From Candidatus Sulfotelmatobacter sp. (GTDB lineage: Bacteria > Acidobacteriota > Polarisedimenticolia > Polarisedimenticolales > DASRJG01), in the NCBI GenBank assembly GCA_035510175.1, contig DATKHQ010000061.1:1-37499 (forward strand): a stretch of 37,499 bases of DNA, read 5' to 3'. Below are positions 1 through 10,694 of this stretch, piece by piece. Position numbers and translations under genes: made by a program. Position 1 is the stretch's first letter; each line of letters begins with the position of its first letter. Below the pieces are notes generated by a model. It was not told where the DNA came from. It did no database searches and worked only from the letters and a program-made list of their open reading frames with translations.

Positions 1-1085
1 GGCGCATCGGCCTGACGATGCCGGTCGCGGTCAACGACACGAAGCTCTACGGCGCGTTCGGCGTTCACACGCTCCCCACCGTGCTCCTCGCCGACAAGGA
101 AGGACGCGTGCGCTCGCGCTGGGACGGATACCGGCCGGGCCTCGAGAACACGATCGCGGAGGCCGTCTCCAAGCTCATCGCCGACGATTCCGAGGGAACG
201 CAAGTCGAGCTGGCCTCGGTGCTGTCCGGCCGCGCCGTCCTGCGGGGAGAGTGGAGCCGCGAGCTTCCCGGCACGCTCGAGGGCGTCGTGGTTCTCCCCG
301 CGGCGGCCGGCGAGCGCTCGCGAGTCGTCGCGGCGATCGGAGGGATGATCGTCGGCTTCGACCGGCGAGGCGAGATGACCGCGCGCACGCAGGCCCCGCC
401 CTGGGCGGGTCGCGTCATCGACTTCGGCGCCGCACCGGGGGGCTCGCGCGAGATCGTCGGCTTCCGGCGCGGCGGGACGACCCTCGGCGTGATCGATCTG
501 CGGACGGGAAGCGCGCGCTCGATCGAGGCGCCGGCACCGCTCGTCGACGTCGCCGTGGACGGGATCTCCGGCGCGGGGACGGGAAAACGCATCGCGATGG
601 CGACGCTCGCCGGCCCCGCGATCGGAAATCCTTCGGGCGGCGTGACGATGCTCGGGGACAAAGCCTCGGGACGCGACATTGCCTCGCGCGCGGAGGGCGG
701 CTTTCTCACGCTCGCCGAGGACGGCTCGATCGCGCCGGTCGCATCCGCGGGGACGCGCTGGCCGGCGGGAGTCCCGGGCGCCGAGCGGCTCGTCGTGGCC
801 GAGGGCGATGGCGTGGTCGCGGGGCCGCGCACGGTGATCGCGTCGACCTCCGGGCGGTTCCTTCCGGGGCACGGCCGCCAGATCGCGGTCGCGACGTACT
901 CGGGTCACGTCGTGCTCCTCGACGCGCGCGACGGAACTCTGATGTTCGACGCCGTGTGGGCGGACGTCCGCGACCTCGCGTCGGGCGATCTGGACGGCGA
1001 CGGGCTCGACGAGCTGGTGGTCGCGGCGGGCCGGAAAGTGGCCGCGCTGTCTGCCGCCATCGCGCCGGACGACGGCCGCCGGTAG
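1..1085 (+). CDS. 5'-truncated exported protein: end of a TlpA/ResA-like thioredoxin fold followed by an FG-GAP/VCBS-like region
   Basis: The reading frame is open back to base 3 (RIGLTMPVAVNDTKLYGAFGVHTLPTVLLADKEGRV resembles the C-terminal part of thiol:disulfide oxidoreductases). A C-terminal DLDGDGLDELVV motif is FG-GAP-type. Stop TAG at 1083-1085. Confidence 0.6.
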   Translation, partial: RIGLTMPVAVNDTKLYGAFGVHTLPTVLLADKEGRVRSRWDGYRPGLENTIAEAVSKLIADDSEGTQVELASVLSGRAVLRGEWSRELPGTLEGVVVLPAAAGERSRVVAAIGGMIVGFDRRGEMTARTQAPPWAGRVIDFGAAPGGSREIVGFRRGGTTLGVIDLRTGSARSIEAPAPLVDVAVDGISGAGTGKRIAMATLAGPAIGNPSGGVTMLGDKASGRDIASRAEGGFLTLAEDGSIAPVASAGTRWPAGVPGAERLVVAEGDGVVAGPRTVIASTSGRFLPGHGRQIAVATYSGHVVLLDARDGTLMFDAVWADVRDLASGDLDGDGLDELVVAAGRKVAALSAAIAPDDGRR

Positions 1086-1093
1086 CGCTTCTC

Positions 1094-1795
1094 GTGAACG
1101 CCTGGTCGGCGCTCGATCGCGACGTGGTCGCCTGCGAGCGCTGCCCGCGCCTGCGCGCCCACTGCCTCGAGATCGCCCGCGTGAAGCGCCGGGCCTTCCG
1201 CGACGAGACCTACTGGGGGAGGCCGGTCCCGTCGTTCGGGGATCGGCGGGCGCACATCCTTCTCGTCGGTCTGGCACCCGCGGCGCACGGGGCGAACCGC
1301 ACGGGGCGGATGTTCACCGGAGACGATTCCGGGAACTGGCTCTACGCGGCGCTTCATCGCGCGGGCCTCGCGAACCGTCCGGTCTCGACCTCGGTCGATG
1401 ACGGACTCGAGCTCACCGGAGCGCGCATCACCGCGTCCTGCCGCTGCGCGCCTCCGGACAACAAGCCGACGCCCGATGAGCTGGCCGCCTGCGCGCCGTT
1501 CCTCGACCGGGAGATCGCGCAGCTCGACGATCTACGGGTCGTCGTGGCTCTCGGGAAGATCGCCTGGGACGCGGTCCTGCGCGCCGCGGCCCGAAACGCT
1601 CCGAATTCGGTTCTGCGCCCAAGACCCGCATTCGGACATGGGGCGCAAGCGCGGATCGATCTCCGGGAGGACGCGCCCTCCGTGACGCTCCTGGGCAGCT
1701 ACCATCCGAGCCGCCAGAACACGAACACCGGAAAGCTGACGCGGCCGATGCTCGATCGCGTGATGAAGAAGGCGGTCGCGCTGGCGACGCGCTAG
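1094..1795 (+). CDS. Uracil-DNA glycosylase, family 4/5 (Fe-S cluster type, UdgB-like)
   Basis: Cys cluster ACERCPRLRAHC, motif A GLAPAAHGANRTGRMFTGD, motif B SYHPSRQN. GTG at 1094 is the first in-frame start after the upstream stop. The Arg-rich 5' part of track ORF 251-1795 overlaps the upstream gene and was rejected. Confidence 0.8.
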   Translation: MNAWSALDRDVVACERCPRLRAHCLEIARVKRRAFRDETYWGRPVPSFGDRRAHILLVGLAPAAHGANRTGRMFTGDDSGNWLYAALHRAGLANRPVSTSVDDGLELTGARITASCRCAPPDNKPTPDELAACAPFLDREIAQLDDLRVVVALGKIAWDAVLRAAARNAPNSVLRPRPAFGHGAQARIDLREDAPSVTLLGSYHPSRQNTNTGKLTRPMLDRVMKKAVALATR

Positions 1796-2499
1796 TCGAT
1801 TCGCATCGCCCGGAGCACCGCGTCCGCGTCGGTGAGGTCGCGGAACAGACCGTCGGGAGCGGAGGCCTCCAGCTCGTCTCGGGACATCCACGGGGATTCG
1901 ACCGCGATCGCCACGAAGCCGTTCGCCCGCGCGCAGGCGACATCGAGCTCGGTATCGCCGACGACCACGACCCGCTCGGGAGGGAAACGAAGACCGACCC
2001 GTCGCGATAGCCGCTCGTGCGCGATGCGCGCGATCTCCGCGCGCTCGGGGTGGTCGGAGGCGAACCCGCCGTCCGGGAAGAATCGATTGAGATCGAACAC
2101 CGAGAGCTTCGCCCGCGCGCCTTCCTCGATGTTTCCCGTGATCAGGCCGAGCGTCACGTCGTCCCGGCGCGAGAGGATCTCGAGCAACGGAACGACGCCC
2201 GGCAAGACCGCGCGCCGGGGATCGGGACTCCTGAGCTCGGCGCGCAGCGCGTCGAGGTACGCGCGCTGCAGCTCCGGGTACCGCCGCTCGATCGAGGCGC
2301 CCGGGATCCCCGCCTCGCGCGCGATGTCGGCGATGATCGTCGGATCGCTCTTCCCGTTGAACCGGACCCGCGACGCGGGCTCCGCGATGTCGGAGAGGCC
2401 GAACACCTCCCGGAACGAGCGCTCGAGCGCGCGCCGGCCCGCGCCCGCGGTGTTGACGAGTGTTCCGTCGACGTCGAAGAGGACCAGGGTGGGGGACAT
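1792..2499 (-). CDS. HAD-superfamily hydrolase (phosphoglycolate phosphatase-like)
   Basis: HAD motifs are visible: LFDVDGTLVNT (motif I DxDGT), LITGN (motif II), VVVGDTELDVACA (motif IV). Confidence 0.8.
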   Translation of the reverse strand: MSPTLVLFDVDGTLVNTAGAGRRALERSFREVFGLSDIAEPASRVRFNGKSDPTIIADIAREAGIPGASIERRYPELQRAYLDALRAELRSPDPRRAVLPGVVPLLEILSRRDDVTLGLITGNIEEGARAKLSVFDLNRFFPDGGFASDHPERAEIARIAHERLSRRVGLRFPPERVVVVGDTELDVACARANGFVAIAVESPWMSRDELEASAPDGLFRDLTDADAVLRAMRID

Positions 2500-2625
2500 C
2501 GGCGGCAGATGATAGCTGCCCCGAGGTCGGGCTGTTCAAACGGATCATTCTTGTCCTCGATCCGAGCATTCGCTCCTGGCCACCGGGCCGGTCTCCTCGT
2601 AACTCCATGCGGGAGACCGCCGCCG

Positions 2626-4188
2626 ATGCGTCGACATTGGGTCCGCTTCTGCCGGAGCGTGTGCGCCGGCCTCCTCATGGCGCTCGTCGCCGCAGGCCTC
2701 GCGTGGGGCGGCTCCGTCCAGGATCGAGCCGAGGATCCGGCTGTCGTCTCGGCGTCGATCCTCCCCGAGCTGGCCGGTACTCCGGTCGAGCGCATCTTCG
2801 TGTTTCGCTACGACTCGGCCTCCGGCGGGTTCGTGCCGATCCCGTTCCAGGTGGACGAGCGCGTCGACCACGTGATCGACGCGGGCTCGACGCCCAACGT
2901 CCACGAGGTCATGTACGACGTCTTCGGCGAGGACGACGGCCTTCTCGACTCCCTCGACGAAATCGCGCTCATGTACGCGGACGCCGGGGACCAGGCGCCG
3001 TCCGGCGCCGCCTGGCCGGCCCGGGTCGATCCGGACCGGTTCGAGATCCGCATCGCGGACCCGCGCCCCGGGGGACCGTACCCCGACCGCTTCGCCTACG
3101 TCTTCACCGGGATCGGCCTGACGAGGTCCGCGACGCATTACGTGTCGTGGAGCGAGCTTCCGGCCTCGACCGTCTCGAGCGCGAAGTTCTCGGTGGAGTA
3201 CCAGGACAACTGGATCCTCACCGGCTATCGCGTGGCCTCGCCCTGCGGCACCGGCGACAACCTCCTCGACCGGGTGAAAGGACGCGCGGGGCTGTCGCCG
3301 CAGCAAGCGGAGAGCGAGAACACCTGGAACGCAACGTCGCAATTCCTCGGCGGGATCGAGGGCCCGGTGCGCTCGATCCGCTACGTGCGCGGTGCGGCGA
3401 GCGGCATCGACACCGTACATCACGACGTGATCTACCGCGGCCTGTGGGATCGCGTCGTCAACCTGCGCGTGCACCCGATCAACGGCGTGTGGCTCTACTT
3501 CGACATGCTTCCCAGAAGCGGGACGACGTTTCTCGCCTCCACCGTCCGCGCGGGCGTGCCGGTCGACGGGGTCAACGACGCGGTGCCGGCCACGCTCCCC
3601 GCGTGGACCATTCTTCGCGGCACGGGCGGCGGTCTCGCGACCGTGTGGGACGTGCCGCCGTCGCCGTTCTACGGGTCGGCGAGGATCTACTACCGCGACG
3701 ACGCGTCGTACAACGATGCCCCGGCACTCGAGCCCGACTACGCCGATCGCGACAACAGCGCGATCGGCGATCACGGGGTCTATCTCGACGGGCTGACGAG
3801 CAGCACGACCGACACGATCCCCGCCTCGTTCCGTCTGTATCCCCTCTGCGCAAGCGTGGGAGACGCGACCCTGGGAGACACGTACCGTCAAGTGTACGAC
3901 GCGCCGCTGCAGATGACGGCGACGCGTCAGTCGGAAGCGGCGTCCGCGGTCCGGAATCTGTCGCTGAGCCGGTCCGGGATCGACGCCGTGTTGTCGTGGG
4001 CGCCGGTCGATGGGGCCCTCGGCTACCGCGTCTATTCGTCGACCGATCCCGCGCAGTCCCGCGAGAGCTGGACGCTGCTCGGAACCCCGGTCTCGTTGGG
4101 ATTCGTCGACGCCGGCGCGTGCGGCGATACCGTCCCGCGCTTCTACTCGGTGACGGCGGTGAGCTTGGCCGGGGAGGGGCCCTGGTAG
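2626..4188 (+). CDS. Exported hypothetical protein with a C-terminal fibronectin-III-like domain
   Basis: ATG 2626 gives MRRHWVRFCRSVCAGLLMALVAAGLAWG, which looks like a signal peptide. The tail VRNLSLSRSGIDAVLSWAPVDGALGYRVYSS..RFYSVTAVSLAGEG is FN3-like. The upstream part of track ORF 2017-4188 lies antisense to the HAD gene and was dropped. Confidence 0.6.
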   Translation: MRRHWVRFCRSVCAGLLMALVAAGLAWGGSVQDRAEDPAVVSASILPELAGTPVERIFVFRYDSASGGFVPIPFQVDERVDHVIDAGSTPNVHEVMYDVFGEDDGLLDSLDEIALMYADAGDQAPSGAAWPARVDPDRFEIRIADPRPGGPYPDRFAYVFTGIGLTRSATHYVSWSELPASTVSSAKFSVEYQDNWILTGYRVASPCGTGDNLLDRVKGRAGLSPQQAESENTWNATSQFLGGIEGPVRSIRYVRGAASGIDTVHHDVIYRGLWDRVVNLRVHPINGVWLYFDMLPRSGTTFLASTVRAGVPVDGVNDAVPATLPAWTILRGTGGGLATVWDVPPSPFYGSARIYYRDDASYNDAPALEPDYADRDNSAIGDHGVYLDGLTSSTTDTIPASFRLYPLCASVGDATLGDTYRQVYDAPLQMTATRQSEAASAVRNLSLSRSGIDAVLSWAPVDGALGYRVYSSTDPAQSRESWTLLGTPVSLGFVDAGACGDTVPRFYSVTAVSLAGEGPW

Positions 4189-4198
4189 CGCCCCTCGA

Positions 4199-5017
4199 TC
4201 ACTCGTCCCCGTACGCCTCGTAGTAGTTCGAGATGTGCGCCCAGGCTTCGGCCGCCGTGTCGGCGTAGCGGAACAGCCGCAAGTCCTCGGGGGCGATGAG
4301 CCCGTCGGCGACGAGAAGGTCGAAGTTGATCGCCTTCTCCCAGAACTCGCGGCCGACCAGCACGACCGGAAGGTGCTGCACCTTTCCCGTCTGCACGAGC
4401 GTGAGCGCCTCGAACAGCTCGTCGAACGTGCCGAACCCTCCGGGGAACGCGACGAGCGCCTTCGCGCGAAGCATGAAATGCATCTTGCGGATCGCGAAGT
4501 AGTGGAACTCGAAGCAGAGCCCGTACGAGATGAACGGATTCGGGTGCTGCTCGTGCGGGAGCGAGATGTTCAGACCGATCGTCTTCGCACCGACGTCGTG
4601 CGCGCCGCGGTTCGCGGCCTCCATCGTGCCGGGCCCGCCGCCGGTGACGATGACGAATTCGGACGGTCCGTCGGTCTGGCAAGCCGCGGACACGATCCGT
4701 CCGAACTCGCGCGCGATGTCGTAGTAATGCGCGTGGGCGACGCGGCGCTCGGCGATGCGCAGCGCCTGCTCGGCGCTCGGGTCGCCCGGACGCCGGGCCG
4801 ACTCCGCGCGCGCGGCTTCGAGCGTTGCCTGGGCCGCCGCGGGAGGCAGGAGACGCGCGCTGCCGAAGACGACGATCGTCGAGCGAATGCCGGCATCGCG
4901 CTGGAGGATCTCGGGCTTCGTCAGCTCGAGGAGGAGGCGAACGGGGCGCAGCTCGTCGCGACGGAGGAACTCGATGTCCTCGTAGGCCTTGACGTAGGAA
5001 GGGTCTTCTTCGCTCAT
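4199..5017 (-). CDS. LOG family / TIGR00730 nucleotide 5'-monophosphate nucleosidase-like protein
   Basis: Family signatures GGGPGTMEAANRGA and PGGFGTFDELFEALTLVQTGK. Start ATG (MSEEDPSY) is preceded by GAGGA, 8 nt after the upstream gene stop. Confidence 0.8.
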   Translation of the reverse strand: MSEEDPSYVKAYEDIEFLRRDELRPVRLLLELTKPEILQRDAGIRSTIVVFGSARLLPPAAAQATLEAARAESARRPGDPSAEQALRIAERRVAHAHYYDIAREFGRIVSAACQTDGPSEFVIVTGGGPGTMEAANRGAHDVGAKTIGLNISLPHEQHPNPFISYGLCFEFHYFAIRKMHFMLRAKALVAFPGGFGTFDELFEALTLVQTGKVQHLPVVLVGREFWEKAINFDLLVADGLIAPEDLRLFRYADTAAEAWAHISNYYEAYGDE

Positions 5018-5024
5018 CGGATCC

Positions 5025-5858
5025 TCAGCCGCGATGCGCGGCGAGCGCGGCCAGGACCGCGCCCAGGTAGAGCACCCCGATGATCGCGTTCGCATTCAGG
5101 AATGCGACGCCGACCTGCGAGAGGTCCTCGGCTCGCACGAGACGGTGCTCCCAGACGAGCACGCCGAAGATCACCGCGAGACCGGCGAAATAGACCGGAT
5201 GAAGCGCGGCCTCCATCCCGACGGCGATCATCGCGAGGAACGCGAGCGCGTGGAATCCTCGGGCAATCCAGAGCGCTTGCCGCGTGCCAAACCGCACGGG
5301 AATCGAGTGGAGCCCCGCGCTCCGATCGAACGCCTCGTCCTGCAGCGCGTACAGCGTGTCGAACCCCGCCACCCAGAACGCCACAGCGAGCGCCAGGAGG
5401 AGCGGGACGAGATCGAAGCGCCCGGCGACCGCGATCCAGCCGCCGACCGGCGCGATCGCGAGGGCGATGCCGAGCACGACGTGGCTCGCCCACGTGAGCC
5501 GCTTCGTGTACGAGTAGCCGAAGACGACGGCCAGAGCGACCGGCGAGAGCGCGCCGCACAGGGGATTGAGCGACCAGGCCGCGGCGACGAAGATCGCCGC
5601 AAGGACGAGCGTGAACGCCCACACGGCGCCGCGCGAGAGCTTGCCGGCGGGAAGCTCGCGGCCGGCCGTGCGCGGATTCCGGGCGTCGATCTCGTGGTCG
5701 GCGAGACGGTTGAAGCCCATTGCCGCGTTCCGTGCGCCGACCATCGCCAGGACGATCAGGAGGCCCTGCCGCGGCGTGAACCCGTAGCGGGCGGCCGCGA
5801 GCGCCGCACCGGACAGCGCGAACGGCAGCGCGAACACGCTGTGGGAGAACTTGACCAT
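5025..5858 (-). CDS. mqnP: UbiA-family aromatic prenyltransferase, MqnP-like (futalosine-pathway menaquinone synthesis)
   Basis: N-terminus MVKFSHSVFALPFAL, Asp-rich motifs NRLADHEID and YALQDEAFD, about 8 hydrophobic helices. Sits next to an amidohydrolase of the aminofutalosine-deaminase type. Only the last 277 codons of track ORF 5025-6947 are credible. Confidence 0.7.
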   Translation of the reverse strand: MVKFSHSVFALPFALSGAALAAARYGFTPRQGLLIVLAMVGARNAAMGFNRLADHEIDARNPRTAGRELPAGKLSRGAVWAFTLVLAAIFVAAAWSLNPLCGALSPVALAVVFGYSYTKRLTWASHVVLGIALAIAPVGGWIAVAGRFDLVPLLLALAVAFWVAGFDTLYALQDEAFDRSAGLHSIPVRFGTRQALWIARGFHALAFLAMIAVGMEAALHPVYFAGLAVIFGVLVWEHRLVRAEDLSQVGVAFLNANAIIGVLYLGAVLAALAAHRG

Positions 5859-5902
5859 CCGCCCCCACGTGCGGACGACCGACAGTGCTACGGGCGCACC
5901 GC

Positions 5903-7153
5903 TCAACGGGTCGCCGGCTCGAACGCCGCCTGCTCGATCGGGACCACGCTCTCGGACGACCACGTCACGGCATCGAGCGGTGCTTCGTCCGGATCGGACA
6001 GGGCGACGACCGCGAGCGCGCCGAGCTTTCCCACCTCGATCGTGCCGAGGTCCCGCGCGAGCCCGAGCGCCCGCGCGCCGTTGAGCGTGGCGATGCGCAG
6101 CGCCGTCGCCGGCGACACCTCGGGATGCTCCTCCCGCAGCGCCGCGAGCTCGTTGAACACGTCCGTGTCCGGCGCCGTCGCCGCGGAATCGGTGCCGAGG
6201 GCGACCGGAATCCCGGACGCGAGGAGCTTCGGGACTGGGGCCTTCCCGACGCCCAGGCGCTTGTTGCTCCGCGGGCAGGTGACCACGGTCACGCCGCGCG
6301 CCTGGAGCCGCGTCAGGTCCTGGTGGTCCAGGTGGACGCAGTGGACCGCGAGCGTTCGCCGCGAGAGGACGCCGAGCCGGTCGAGGTACTCGACGGGCGT
6401 GAGGCCCGGCGCCGACCAAGCATCGTCCCACGCGCCGCGGGAGACGAGGAAATCGCGGAGGGGCCCGGTTCCGTCGCGCAGGAGGCGGATCTCGTCGTCG
6501 CTCTCGGCGACGTGGATCGAGAGCGGCTCGCTCGAGGCCGAGGCCCGTCCGCCCAGCGCCTTCAACAGCGGCCCTGACGTCGAGTACGCCGCGTGCGGCG
6601 TGAGGATCGAGACGAGCCGCGCGCGTGCCGCGGCGACGTCCGGATCGGCGTCGATCGTCTCGAGGCGGGCGGCCGCGGCGGCGAGGACCGGCTCCGCGTC
6701 GGCGGACCGGAACGCGTACACCTCGTGGAAGAGAAGTCCCGCGAGCGGGGAGCGGGCGATGATCGGCGCGACCCAGGTGCCGTTGGCGATGTCCCCGACC
6801 GCGACCGTGCCGCGCGCCACCATCGCGTCCACCGCCGTTCTCGCGGCCTGGGCCGCGGCCGATGCGTCGACGGCGGCACGGCGCGCGACCAGATCGGAGA
6901 TCCACCCGGTGAAGGTTCCGCCGGCGGGAGCCTCTCCGGCGGCCCACGACAGCTCGAGATGCGTGTGGGCGTTGACGAGGCCCGGAAGGATGACGGCATC
7001 CCCGAGATCGCGCACCTCGTCGGACGGGTGGGCCTTGATCACGTCCTTGCGGCGGCCGACCGCGACGATGCGGCCGTCGTGCACCGCAACCGCTCCGCTC
7101 TGGATCGGGCCCGACGCCACCGGGAAGACGTGCTTTGCCGTGTAGACGATCAT
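5903..7153 (-). CDS. Amidohydrolase-superfamily deaminase (aminodeoxyfutalosine / MTA-SAH deaminase-like)
   Basis: MIVYTAKHVFPV..AVAVHDGRIVAVG..VILPGLVNAHTHLELS shows the metal-binding HxH, with a later VHCVHL and GTDS. Start ATG at 7153 chosen; the upstream track extension is Arg-rich and lacks family features. Confidence 0.75.
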   Translation of the reverse strand: MIVYTAKHVFPVASGPIQSGAVAVHDGRIVAVGRRKDVIKAHPSDEVRDLGDAVILPGLVNAHTHLELSWAAGEAPAGGTFTGWISDLVARRAAVDASAAAQAARTAVDAMVARGTVAVGDIANGTWVAPIIARSPLAGLLFHEVYAFRSADAEPVLAAAAARLETIDADPDVAAARARLVSILTPHAAYSTSGPLLKALGGRASASSEPLSIHVAESDDEIRLLRDGTGPLRDFLVSRGAWDDAWSAPGLTPVEYLDRLGVLSRRTLAVHCVHLDHQDLTRLQARGVTVVTCPRSNKRLGVGKAPVPKLLASGIPVALGTDSAATAPDTDVFNELAALREEHPEVSPATALRIATLNGARALGLARDLGTIEVGKLGALAVVALSDPDEAPLDAVTWSSESVVPIEQAAFEPATR

Positions 7154-7201
7154 CTTGGCGTCGATTATAGAGGCTCGGAGCGGCGTGGTAGACTCGACCC
7201 G

Positions 7202-7681
7202 ATGTCGCTCGTCCAGATCGGTGCGGAACGATTCGATCCCGAGAAAGGCCCGCCGTGCCACAAATGCACGGCGCGATGCTGCAAGTACTTCGCGCTCGAG
7301 ATCGACCGCCCCGTGACGCCGAAGCACCACGATCACATCCGCTGGTACCTGCTGCACGAGCACATCGTGGTCTGGGTGCAGGACGGGAACTGGTTCCTCG
7401 AAATCCGGACGCCCTGCCGGCATCTGCAGCCGGACAACTCCTGCGGGATCTACGAGACGCGGCCCCAGATCTGCCGGGACTACGGCTGGCCGGAGGCCGG
7501 CGAGACGGACGACCCGTGCGAGTACTTCACGCCCGAAGGCGGGTACGAGCTCTTCTTCGATTCCGCCGCGGCGTTCGACGCCTGGTCGGTCGTCGAGCTG
7601 CGCAAGCGCGAGGATCGTCTGGCAAAGCGCCGCGCGCGCGCCCGGTCCGACCGCAGCGCCGCGCGCCAGGCGATCGCATGA
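7202..7681 (+). CDS. YkgJ-family cysteine-cluster protein (CxxCxxxCC type)
   Basis: CHKCTARCCKYF followed by CRHLQPDNSCGIYETRPQICRDY, typical of the UPF0153/YkgJ family. ATG at 7202. Confidence 0.7.
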   Translation: MSLVQIGAERFDPEKGPPCHKCTARCCKYFALEIDRPVTPKHHDHIRWYLLHEHIVVWVQDGNWFLEIRTPCRHLQPDNSCGIYETRPQICRDYGWPEAGETDDPCEYFTPEGGYELFFDSAAAFDAWSVVELRKREDRLAKRRARARSDRSAARQAIA

Positions 7682-8352
7682 GCGCTCGCGTCGCCACGTT
7701 CCTCGCCGCGGCGCTCTCCGTCGTCGCGTCCGCGCGCGCCGACACCGCGGCCGACGTCTACGCGGCCATGGGGATCAAGCCGTCCTCCGTGATGAACAGC
7801 TCGATCGTTTCGTCGAAGGTGCTGCCGGGCCCGGACAAGCAGACGGTGGCGGTCGTGACCTACCTCACGGGAAAGAAGGAAGAAGCGAGCGCCCTGAACG
7901 TGCGCTTCGAGGTGTACGGCACCCAGGGCGGGAAGCTCGTCTCGCTGTACGGCCGCGACATGGGCGGCGTCAACGGAGGCTACGTCGGGCGCGGCGAGAT
8001 CGCGCTGCTCGATCTCGACGGCGACGGCGTCAACGAGATCGGCGTGTACTACGACAACCTCAAGAACCCCCTGGTCACAGAGCGGCGCCTCGATCTGATC
8101 GTCCATGAGGACTCGGGGTTCCGCATCGCCTGGACCGGGGCCACCGAGTACGACGCGACTAAGGCGGTGCGCGACATCCCGCAGGAGCGGCGCGACCGCT
8201 ACATCCGCAAGCTCGATTATCCGTCAACGCGAAAGACCAAGGGCGTCACCCTCTTCCTGACAAAGACGGTGATCGCCGTCGCCGGCGAGCGGCTCCCGCA
8301 GCCCAAGAAGGTCCAGGAGACCTTCCCGCTCAAGGGCGATCCGCAGCAGTAG
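7678..8352 (+). CDS. Exported hypothetical protein with an FG-GAP-like calcium motif
   Basis: Signal peptide MSARVATFLAAALSVVASARA, motif LDLDGDGVNEIGV. Its ATG overlaps the upstream stop (ATGA at 7678-7681). Confidence 0.55.
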   Translation: MSARVATFLAAALSVVASARADTAADVYAAMGIKPSSVMNSSIVSSKVLPGPDKQTVAVVTYLTGKKEEASALNVRFEVYGTQGGKLVSLYGRDMGGVNGGYVGRGEIALLDLDGDGVNEIGVYYDNLKNPLVTERRLDLIVHEDSGFRIAWTGATEYDATKAVRDIPQERRDRYIRKLDYPSTRKTKGVTLFLTKTVIAVAGERLPQPKKVQETFPLKGDPQQ

Positions 8353-8383
8353 TCCCGCGGCGCGCCCGTCGGCTCCCGTTTCC

Positions 8384-10015
<1,632 letters not shown>

Positions 10016-10169
10016 GGTGGGACAGCACGCACCGGGCGTTCCTTCGAGGGGTCGCTCTCGGGCGCCCTCACAGGCGGTAAGCCGCCTTCCCCGAGCGTCC
10101 GTGCGTGCCGTCCGATGCAGATCATAAGACCGCGGCGGGGCGCCCACACGACCAAATCGCTCGCGAAGG

Positions 10170-10625
10170 TCACTCCGCGACGTGCAAGGCGGGCCAGTAC
10201 CCGTCGGCCTTGGCGATGCGTCCGGGGATGTCGGCCTCCCAGACTTTCTGGATCTTCGCGTCGTAGTTCACGTACAGCTTGCCGTTGACGATCTTGTAGG
10301 CGAGCGGGTCGATGTCCGCGGTGTTGTTCTCGCTGACCGCCTTCGCGCAGTAGCCGCCGTACTGCGGCGCGAACGCCTCCGGGGTCTGGGCGAACTTCTT
10401 CCGGTTCTCTGCGGAGACGAAGTACCAGGTCGCCCCCTTCCAGGAGTAGGGGAACCGGTCACTGCCCTTCTGCGGCGCGGCCCCCGAGAAGTAGGTCACC
10501 GGGTCGTACCCGTGAAGGGCGGCGCCCCCCTTCTGGTTGAACAGCGGGACCTTGCCGGCGAGGGCGGGGGAGGCGGTGACGGCGAGTGCCAAGGCGGCGG
10601 GGAAGACGATGCGGCTCAGCTTCAT
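10170..10625 (-). CDS. Exported YHS-domain protein
   Basis: Signal peptide MKLSRIVFPAALALAVTASPALA; HGYDPVTYF...YSWKGATWYFVSAENRKKF...YGGYCA pattern typical of the YHS family. Confidence 0.75.
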   Translation of the reverse strand: MKLSRIVFPAALALAVTASPALAGKVPLFNQKGGAALHGYDPVTYFSGAAPQKGSDRFPYSWKGATWYFVSAENRKKFAQTPEAFAPQYGGYCAKAVSENNTADIDPLAYKIVNGKLYVNYDAKIQKVWEADIPGRIAKADGYWPALHVAE

Positions 10626-10694
10626 GATCGGGATCTCCTCGGTTTCTTCCTGGCTCGGGGGAGAGAACCCCAGAGCGGGCGCCGATATTCCCGC

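Noticed and set aside
251-1093. 5' two-thirds of track ORF 251-1795
   Set aside because: It overlaps the thioredoxin/FG-GAP gene in another frame and is almost pure Arg/Gly/Asp. Only the part from GTG 1094 shows uracil-DNA glycosylase motifs.
1792-1795. Convergent genes sharing a CTAG (overlapping stop codons of the UDG and HAD genes)
   Set aside because: A palindromic TAG/CTA overlap is a common compaction artefact in dense genomes and is not evidence of regulation.
5034-7145. 703-aa plus-strand ORF
   Set aside because: It lies antisense to the MqnP-like and amidohydrolase genes, which carry clear family motifs.
7183-7191. TGgTAGACT extended -10-like string before the YkgJ-like gene
   Set aside because: It would leave only about 4 nt of leader before ATG 7202 and has no supporting -35. 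It is noted but not called.
10072-10087. AGGCGG-taag-CCGCCT hairpin between the convergent ABC-F and YHS genes
   Set aside because: It has only a 6-bp stem and no U or A tract on either strand, which is too weak to call a terminator.
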